IMG/VR virus record: IMGVR_UViG_3300027816_000082
Reading direction: 5' to 3' (one strand)
Source of the DNA: an uncultured virus (IMG/VR IMGVR_UViG_3300027816_000082)
Taxonomy: Duplodnaviria; Heunggongvirae; Uroviricota; Caudoviricetes
Length of the DNA stretch: 37,833 nucleotides
Shown here one piece after another: positions 19,302 through 26,694 of this stretch. The notes under the pieces were generated by a model, which had not been told where the DNA came from, did not search any database, and was given only the letters and a program-made list of their open reading frames with translations. The translations under genes were made by a program, and so were the position numbers. How positions within the stretch are numbered: the stretch's first letter is position 1; every line of letters begins with the position of its first letter.

Positions 19302-20225
19302 ATGAAAATTTTTATTTTATCAGTTTTATCTCTTAGTGTATTAACCAGCTGTAAAACGCCGAATGTAGATAAAATACAAAAAACAAAAGACGCTTTGACC
19401 GAAACCAGAGTAGAAAAGGCTAAAAATAACGATGAAAAATTGCAAGTTGTTTCTACACTTGCGGCGGGTACAGATTATTCTTTGAAAGCTGTAACAAATC
19501 CGCCTGTACAAGTTAAAACTGCTTTAGACTATAATAGTAGAATATTAAGTATTGCGGGCAATCCAAATGTTGATGAACTAAACAAGATGAAACAAATTAC
19601 GGATTTGTTGAACAGTGAAATTGAAAAAGAAAAAGAAAAGGGTGGTAAATTATTAAAAGAAAAAGATGTATTAATACAAGATTTACAAAATAAACAAAAA
19701 GAAATACACGATAGATACGAAGCTCAAATAAAAGGACTTGAAATACAAGCTTCTCAGGTTGCTAAAAAAGCTGATGCTTTACAAATAACCGTTGATGAGG
19801 TGAACAGTTGGATGGGATTAGGTGGAGTAATGTATGGATTAAAAAGATTTGTAACTATAGGTGTTACAGGAATATTAATATTTTTAGTGTGTTTTATGGT
19901 TTTAAGATTTTTGGCAGCGACGAATCCTATTGCAGGTGCAATATTTTCAATAGTCGAACATATAGTTGGCATGTTCATTAATATTTTAAAAGGACTTGCT
20001 CCGAAAGCTTTGCAATTTAGTAATCATATTGAATTGCCTATCTTTAATAAGTACAAAGATACTTTGGATACGGTTGTGGATACACTTGAAAATTTAAAAA
20101 CCATTCAAAAAAGAGCTAATGTTCAAGTAACATTAAACGATGTGTTTGTTGAATTAGATAAAAATTTAGATTCACAAGAAAAGATTTTAGTAGGAGAATT
20201 AAAATCAATTAATAAATATGGATAA
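19302..20225 (+). CDS. Lipoprotein with coiled coil and C-proximal transmembrane segment (candidate unimolecular spanin)
   Basis: MKIFILSVLSLSVLTS|C lipobox, long helical region, hydrophobic FVTIGVTGILIFLVCFMVLRFLAA; TATTTATA at 19290-19297. Confidence 0.6.
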   Translation: MKIFILSVLSLSVLTSCKTPNVDKIQKTKDALTETRVEKAKNNDEKLQVVSTLAAGTDYSLKAVTNPPVQVKTALDYNSRILSIAGNPNVDELNKMKQITDLLNSEIEKEKEKGGKLLKEKDVLIQDLQNKQKEIHDRYEAQIKGLEIQASQVAKKADALQITVDEVNSWMGLGGVMYGLKRFVTIGVTGILIFLVCFMVLRFLAATNPIAGAIFSIVEHIVGMFINILKGLAPKALQFSNHIELPIFNKYKDTLDTVVDTLENLKTIQKRANVQVTLNDVFVELDKNLDSQEKILVGELKSINKYG

Positions 20226-20236
20226 TATTTATAACT

Positions 20237-20839
20237 ATGATCAAATTTAACGATTTAATGGATAATGAAGAGTTGTGTGGCATGACTCTTGCACAAGACG
20301 CAGTTGTTAGTGATAATTTAAAATATCATCTTGAAAAACAAATACCATTAAGTGAAAATATTTTTAGAACTTATAGCGATAGTTATTTTGAGTTGTTGGA
20401 AGAAGTTCGTAGTTTATATCTCAACAACCAAATTGAATTATGTGATCCAGACGCTGAATTGGTGGAAAGTGATCTTGGTAAAAAAGAACTCTTCGAAGGT
20501 AGAGAAGTTTATTTGGATGCACCTATTGAAGTAGATGAAGACATTTTGATGGAAGCTAAACATCGGGGTAGAAATGTCACTCTTAATAGACCAATTAGAA
20601 CTCCAGGCGGACCAAAGAAGTATGCTGTGTATGTAAAATCAAAAAGTGGCAAAATTAAAAAAGTAACATTTGGAGATCCTAATTTGAGAGTCAGAGGTCG
20701 TAGTAAAGCTCGCCGTAAGAGTTTTGCTGCTAGACATAAATGTGCACAAAAGAAAGATAGAACGACTGCTGGATATTGGAGTTGTCGTAGTCATCGTATT
20801 CGTAGTTTAGGCAATAAAGGCAGAGGCAAGTACTGGTAA
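20237..20839 (+). CDS. Phage protein with acidic N-half and very basic C-domain
   Basis: KKYAVYVK..KKVTFGDP..RRKSFAARHKC..AGYWSCR after DILME (aa 106); TATTTATA at 20226-20233. Confidence 0.75.
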   Translation: MIKFNDLMDNEELCGMTLAQDAVVSDNLKYHLEKQIPLSENIFRTYSDSYFELLEEVRSLYLNNQIELCDPDAELVESDLGKKELFEGREVYLDAPIEVDEDILMEAKHRGRNVTLNRPIRTPGGPKKYAVYVKSKSGKIKKVTFGDPNLRVRGRSKARRKSFAARHKCAQKKDRTTAGYWSCRSHRIRSLGNKGRGKYW

Positions 20840-21105
20840 TGAATCTGCCGTTCACAGAAAAGTTGTTGGGTAATAATCAGTATATAAGAGAATTTGATGC
20901 TGATGTAGATACTCATGAATTAGAATGGCATATAGATCGTGAAGATAGAACAATAGAAGTTATAGAAAATGTGGATTGGCAAGTTCAATTAGATAATAAT
21001 CTACCACAATTACTTAGAGAAACAATATTTATACCTAAAGAAACATATCACCGTGTAATAAAAGGTAACGGTAATTTAAAAGTAAAAATAACAAAACACA
21101 TATGA
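20839..21105 (+). CDS. Small cupin-fold protein
   Basis: ELEWHIDREDR..WQVQLDN..IFIPKETYHRVIKG; TAATG overlap with the previous gene. Confidence 0.65.
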   Translation: MNLPFTEKLLGNNQYIREFDADVDTHELEWHIDREDRTIEVIENVDWQVQLDNNLPQLLRETIFIPKETYHRVIKGNGNLKVKITKHI

Positions 21106-22412
21106 AACTTATAGATTTATTAAACGAAGTAAAAATGTATAAAAGTTTGGGTTTGACTGCTGACGGTATTATCCCACTAGATACGTTTGTATGTGAATGT
21201 AAAAATTGCGTAAATCAATCTCTATATGAAGCTATAAATGATGCCGATAACAATTTGAATATATATTTGACCGAAGCGAACAAAAAGGAGCCTATTAGTT
21301 ATGAGCTGGCCGAATTAATGAAGAATATTATCCGTGACACTCGAGGAAGACTAAAACTATTGAGTGTATTAAGCGATCCAAAAACACTGAAGTCTTTCTT
21401 GGATGACAAAGGATATTTGACTGCAATTTTATATTTGGCTCCATCTGATTCATCGGGTCATGAAGTGTGTCCAAAGAAAAGTCCAGAATGTAACGCTGGT
21501 TGTTTGAATTTTGCTGGTAACCCTGCATATCTAAAAGCAAAATTAGCAGCAAGAACTAGAAAAACTCGTTGGTTGTTTGGTGATAAATTGACATCTGATG
21601 AGATGAAAAATATTCCTACAGATCCAAAAATTATAGATAGATTTTATGGCAAAGGTAGACCCGGACCAGAAGGCAAGCGTGGTAGAATATTGAACCCAAT
21701 GCGCCCTGAAGACTTCATCGAAAGATTGCAAATTGAAATGGAGTTTTTGAAAAAAGTGGCTGATAAATACAATTTAAAGTTGGCAGTTAGATTAAACGGC
21801 ACGAGCGATATTGATTTTCATAAAAAATTGGAAAGTTGGAAATTTGCAAATCCAGATGTTAAATTTTATGACTATACAGCTGTGTTTAAATGGGCAATGC
21901 AAAGTCTCGAAGATCCTTCAAACCCACATATGACTTTTTCAAGAAAAGAAACTTTACAAAATAATATAGAATGTGAAAAATATTTGAAGTCAGGCGGTAA
22001 TATTTCTGCAATATTTGATGAATTACCAGAATATTATCGTGGTTATAAAGTAATTGATGCAGATAGAACCGATTTAAGATTTTTAGACGATGTTGATCGT
22101 CCGATTGATCCCGATACAGGTAAACCCGTGGGTGTAATCGCCGGATTAAAGATGAAGGGATTTAGGTTAAAGGACGCATTTGCATTGGGTATAATACAAA
22201 ATAAGGGACCGGAAGATACATTTGTAATAAGAACCAAGGAATTGAGGGAAAGATTTGGAGATAAGTATTTTACACAAAAAATCTATTGGGGTGATCGTGC
22301 GCCAACAGAGCCAAACAATATTACTGCTAAACAGATCTATAAAGATAAAATCAAGAATTATTTAAATAAAATTTTAAGTAAATTGAAAGGTGCCGCCGAT
22401 AAAACGAATTAA
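21102..22412 (+). CDS. GP88-family radical-SAM-like protein with N-terminal extension
   Basis: ILYLAP..VCPKKSPECNAGCL, RLNGTSDI, FYDYT, HMTFS, VIDADRTDLRFLD, GLKMKG; leader MKLIDLLNE. Confidence 0.75.
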   Translation: MKLIDLLNEVKMYKSLGLTADGIIPLDTFVCECKNCVNQSLYEAINDADNNLNIYLTEANKKEPISYELAELMKNIIRDTRGRLKLLSVLSDPKTLKSFLDDKGYLTAILYLAPSDSSGHEVCPKKSPECNAGCLNFAGNPAYLKAKLAARTRKTRWLFGDKLTSDEMKNIPTDPKIIDRFYGKGRPGPEGKRGRILNPMRPEDFIERLQIEMEFLKKVADKYNLKLAVRLNGTSDIDFHKKLESWKFANPDVKFYDYTAVFKWAMQSLEDPSNPHMTFSRKETLQNNIECEKYLKSGGNISAIFDELPEYYRGYKVIDADRTDLRFLDDVDRPIDPDTGKPVGVIAGLKMKGFRLKDAFALGIIQNKGPEDTFVIRTKELRERFGDKYFTQKIYWGDRAPTEPNNITAKQIYKDKIKNYLNKILSKLKGAADKTN

Positions 22413-22477
22413 AAATATGATATGTAAATTAACAAATTATAAACTGTATATTTTTGTTGTTTAGATATTTATAATTA

Positions 22478-23764
22478 ATGAGTGCTAATTTGGACCAAGA
22501 CAGAGTGAGGTGGCCTGGGAGTGGAAGTGCTGTTAATAGCGGCAGTGTTCCATTCGGCTATTATCTAGACGAAACCTGTACATCAGGCGAGACTACATTT
22601 GAAAATGATTGTAGTAGCAGCGCGATGTGGGCAGCAAAACGTCTTGGATACCCGATTGTTGACATAGAAATGATTGATGTCAATTTTTATGCTTGTTTTG
22701 AAGAAGCTACGTTAGAATATAATCGTGTAATTAATGAATTTAATATCGTAAATAACTTAGTATCATTACAAGGTTTACCACAAAGTAAGTACGATAATTT
22801 AACCGGGTTGGCAATGAAAAGTACAGGGTTGCCTTATGTTGTACAACTAAGCAAACAATATGGCGCAGAAGCATTGGTCGGTGGAGAATATGAAGTAAAA
22901 AGAAATTATATTAGTATTACAGGCAGTAGCAATCCGGCTAATACAAATCAAGTCTATGACTTAAATGCTTTAATAGGCGAAAATATAGAACATCTTACTG
23001 GATCTAGAATAGAAGTGAAAAGAGTGTTTCATTACAGACCACCAGCTATAGCACGTATTTATGATCCATTTAGTATGACAGGTATGAGCTACAGCAACGT
23101 ACTTACCGAAATGGGATTTAGCGCATATAGTCCAGCAACACAATTCTTAATGACTCCTATATTTGAGGATTTGGAACGTGTACAAGCAATTGAATTCAAC
23201 GATATGGTTAGAAAAAGTGCTTATAGCTTTGAAATATTAGGAAACAACAAATTAAGAATATTTCCTATACCAACCGACAGTTTTAAAATTTATATAGATT
23301 ATATCGTTGAAAGTGAACGTGATATAACAAACTTTTACAGCGGATCTCGTTACGAATATATTAGTGATCCAAGCGATGTGCCTTACGAAAATTGTACTTA
23401 CTGCAAAATTAATCAGCCTGGCAAACAATGGATTAAAAAATATTTTCTAGCTTTATGTAAAGAAACACTCGGTCGTATTCTTCAAAAATATAGTACCGTT
23501 CCAATTCCGGGTGGTGAAGTTACATTAGACGGTGCCGAATTAAGATCCGAAGCTAAAGAAGAAAAAGACACTTTGCTTGAAAAATTAAGAGATATGTTGG
23601 AAAAAACCTTGAGGGTTACACAATTGGAAAACAAGGGCAAAGAAGGTGAAGAAATGCAAAAGATGTTAGCTAGAGTACCACTACACATTTATATAGGGGT
23701 TTGGGCGTTTTTATTAATATATATTAATATATGGACAAACATCAATGTGGTATCTGCGGTTTAA
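22478..23764 (+). CDS. Neck/head-tail adaptor protein (T4 gp13-like)
   Basis: AKRLGYPIVDIEM..FYACFEEA, WIKKYFLALCKETLGRILQKYSTVPIPGGEVTLDG; TATTTATA at 22466-22473. Confidence 0.85.
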   Translation: MSANLDQDRVRWPGSGSAVNSGSVPFGYYLDETCTSGETTFENDCSSSAMWAAKRLGYPIVDIEMIDVNFYACFEEATLEYNRVINEFNIVNNLVSLQGLPQSKYDNLTGLAMKSTGLPYVVQLSKQYGAEALVGGEYEVKRNYISITGSSNPANTNQVYDLNALIGENIEHLTGSRIEVKRVFHYRPPAIARIYDPFSMTGMSYSNVLTEMGFSAYSPATQFLMTPIFEDLERVQAIEFNDMVRKSAYSFEILGNNKLRIFPIPTDSFKIYIDYIVESERDITNFYSGSRYEYISDPSDVPYENCTYCKINQPGKQWIKKYFLALCKETLGRILQKYSTVPIPGGEVTLDGAELRSEAKEEKDTLLEKLRDMLEKTLRVTQLENKGKEGEEMQKMLARVPLHIYIGVWAFLLIYINIWTNINVVSAV

Positions 23765-24625
23765 AATATAAAAGTACACGATCTTTATCAATTCATATAA
23801 AATCTTCACATAAAATATCAACTGAAGAATATTATATAAAATATATTAATATAAATAAAAGTGAATGTAGTTATTGTAAATCTAAAACAAGATTTGTGTC
23901 TCTAGGAGATGGGTATTCAAAATACTGTGGTATTAAATGTTCAAAAGTACATTATTATAGTGATGTAAATAATAGGATTTTTGTATCGGAGAAAACAAAG
24001 ATTGCTATGAAAAATCCTATCGTTAAAGAAAAAATGTCTAAGTTTTTTTTGAAAAAAAAAATCAAAGGAAACTTTAGAAAAAATGAGCATATCCAGTAAA
24101 AAAAGATTTGAAGATGAAAATTTTAAAAAAAAGATATATACCAAAGAAAGAAATGAAAAAATATCAATAGCAAAAAAGAAATATTGGGATACACATCCGG
24201 AAGAGAAAAAACGTGTGGGTCAAATATGGAAAACGTTGAAAGAAGAAGACGAATCCAGGTGGAGGGAAAATTTATTAAGAGCATCTAGGTTAGGATTTAA
24301 AAAAATTTTTTCTCCATCAGGAAACACATCGTTGGAGGAAAAATTATATAAACAACTAGAGTTAGAAAATATAAAATATATACCACAATATGTTATAGAT
24401 TATAAAGTATTTGACGCGTATTTACCTGATTATAATCTAGTAATTGAGGTAGATGGTATGTTTTGGCATCCAAAATCGTTGGACGAGTGTAAATATAAAT
24501 TTCAAAAAACATCATATTTTAATGATTTAGAAAAAGAAAATTTATTAAAACAAAAAGATATAAAATTAATACGAATACGAGAAAATGAATTTCCAGAATC
24601 AATCATTAACGTTATAAATAAATAA
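23731..24625 (+). pseudogene. Frameshifted homing endonuclease (C2H2 Zn-finger + NUMOD3-like + Vsr/DUF559-like nuclease)
   Basis: ORFs 23731-24099 and 24083-24625 join into 297 aa if one base is removed from T8-G-A10 (24043-24061), restoring KKSKETLEKMSISSK. Nuclease motif FDAYLP..IEVDGMFWH..ND. Confidence 0.8.
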
Positions 24626-24647
24626 TATTTATATATTTATATATTAT

Positions 24648-25217
24648 ATGGCAGCCCCAGTAACACCACAATATCCAAAACAAAATCCAACCTTTCCCCA
24701 ATATTGGACAAATGGTAGAAAAGATATTGGTATATATAATCCCAATTATTCGCCAGGAAGATATTTTTCTCCCAGAGACATTAATATGTTGAGTTCGGTT
24801 AATGCCGAATTGTTGGGTGATATTATTGAAAACGTAGTACAAGTGTTTAAGATCGCTACATATGAAACTGTTATCAACATATACGGCGAAAGTAGTAGTG
24901 AAAAAGGTAAAGTATTTTATCCGGGCATTAATATGACTGCTTTAATTCAACGTGAAGATTTAAATGCAGAAAATCAACAATTTGGTCCTGACAGAAAACA
25001 GGATATTGTTTATAGATTTAGAGAACGTGATTGTATAGTTACTAACTTTTTCCCTGAAATCGGTGATTTAGTTCTTTACAATGAACGTTATTATGAAATA
25101 GATAACGTTGTACAAGAACAATTTTTAGGTGGACATCCAGATAAATCATGGAGTTTGATAGTAAATACACACTATACTAGAATAAGCAAATTGAATTTGG
25201 TAGAAAGACAAACTTAA
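24648..25217 (+). CDS. Neck/head closure protein (T4 gp14-like)
   Basis: NIYGES, FPEIGDLVLYNERYYEIDNV; position between gp13-like and gp15-like genes. Confidence 0.75.
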   Translation: MAAPVTPQYPKQNPTFPQYWTNGRKDIGIYNPNYSPGRYFSPRDINMLSSVNAELLGDIIENVVQVFKIATYETVINIYGESSSEKGKVFYPGINMTALIQREDLNAENQQFGPDRKQDIVYRFRERDCIVTNFFPEIGDLVLYNERYYEIDNVVQEQFLGGHPDKSWSLIVNTHYTRISKLNLVERQT

Positions 25218-25220
25218 TTT

Positions 25221-26690
25221 ATGCCTTGGGGACCAAATAACATTAATGACAGTAATAATTCACCAAATCCCATTGAAAATAATAAAAATCAATCGGATGT
25301 AAAAAAGAATTATAATCGTGCATATGCAGTACGACGTGATACCGATAAAGAAAAAAATGTTACAATTACGTTATTGGATATAGATACGGCTATTATTACA
25401 ACATTAGAAAGTCAATTAAAATTGCAGGTAAACGATAATGGTGAAACAATAAAAGTACCTGTAATATATGGTAATCCGGAAAGATGGGTTGCTATGAAAA
25501 AAGATGGTGGTATACGAGATAATCAAGGTAAAATTTTGTTACCAGCGATGATGATTCGTAGAAAGAGTGTTGAAAATAATAAAGAGTTAGCCACGTTTAA
25601 TCGTTATTTGACGTATCAAACAATAATGAATTATTCGGAAAAAAATAAATACGACAGATTTGATCTGATGAATAAGGATCTGTTTCCGAGTAAGCCAACT
25701 AAACAAATACTTAACGTTTCTTTACCTGTACATATAAATGTTACATATGAATGTATTATATGGACGGATTATGTTGATCAAAACAATAAATTACTGGAAC
25801 AAATAAATTATGCAGCAAAAGATTATTGGGGTGATCGTGAAAGATATAAGTTCAGAGCTAGAATAGATAATTATACTATAGATCAAGAAGTTAATGACGG
25901 CGAAGATCGTAATATTAAAACTACGTTTGATTTAAATGTAAATGCTTACCTTTTAAACGAAAATTTTACAACAAGTATGAGTGGTATCAAAAATACCACA
26001 TCAAAGATTTTTACAGTAAGAAAAATAAGATTACAAGAAAATGCTGTTTCTTCTGCATCCGAAATGGATGATATTGTACATAACACGGATACTACAAATG
26101 TAAAAGATAAACCGTTTGACTATGTTGATATAACAGGTCAAGGTACAATGGAATTGCAACAAAATGATATTAAAAATAATACGGGGTATAACAAAATTGA
26201 ACCCGGAAAAATTATTAAAACATTTTTTCACCCAGCTCCAAAGTCTTCAACAGATTATGGTGAAAATGGTTGGTTAGCTTATGATTCACAATACATTTAT
26301 GTTTATCAATATCCATTGGGATGGTTAAAAAGAGAAATATCAACATTTGATTATGATTATAGCAGTCAAACTTATATAAGCGGATATGACTGTAATGGCA
26401 ATCCTATTTATACCACGACAAATAGAAGACCCATAAATACCGCGTTTAGAATATTTCAAAGATTTCCAGATAAATTTTATCATCAAGTACCTTATCAATC
26501 AAGTGATTATGGTCAAGATGGATGGATAAGTTATGACGGTAGTTATTTTTATATTTATAGTCAAGGACAATGGCGACGTGTACCAATAAATGTATTTTCT
26601 CCTGTTACGGCTGATAATACATATTTGAGACCAGACGGCATTTCTTTTTATATAAGACCAGATGGAGTATCTATTTATTTAAGACCATAA
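25221..26690 (+). CDS. Tail terminator/sheath stabiliser (T4 gp15-like) with C-terminal repeat extension
   Basis: DIDTAI, KVPVIYGNPERW, LPAMMIRR, PVHINVTYECIIWT..QNNKLLEQI, then duplicated SSxDYGxxGWxxYD modules. Confidence 0.8.
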   Translation: MPWGPNNINDSNNSPNPIENNKNQSDVKKNYNRAYAVRRDTDKEKNVTITLLDIDTAIITTLESQLKLQVNDNGETIKVPVIYGNPERWVAMKKDGGIRDNQGKILLPAMMIRRKSVENNKELATFNRYLTYQTIMNYSEKNKYDRFDLMNKDLFPSKPTKQILNVSLPVHINVTYECIIWTDYVDQNNKLLEQINYAAKDYWGDRERYKFRARIDNYTIDQEVNDGEDRNIKTTFDLNVNAYLLNENFTTSMSGIKNTTSKIFTVRKIRLQENAVSSASEMDDIVHNTDTTNVKDKPFDYVDITGQGTMELQQNDIKNNTGYNKIEPGKIIKTFFHPAPKSSTDYGENGWLAYDSQYIYVYQYPLGWLKREISTFDYDYSSQTYISGYDCNGNPIYTTTNRRPINTAFRIFQRFPDKFYHQVPYQSSDYGQDGWISYDGSYFYIYSQGQWRRVPINVFSPVTADNTYLRPDGISFYIRPDGVSIYLRP

Positions 26691-26694
26691 TTAT

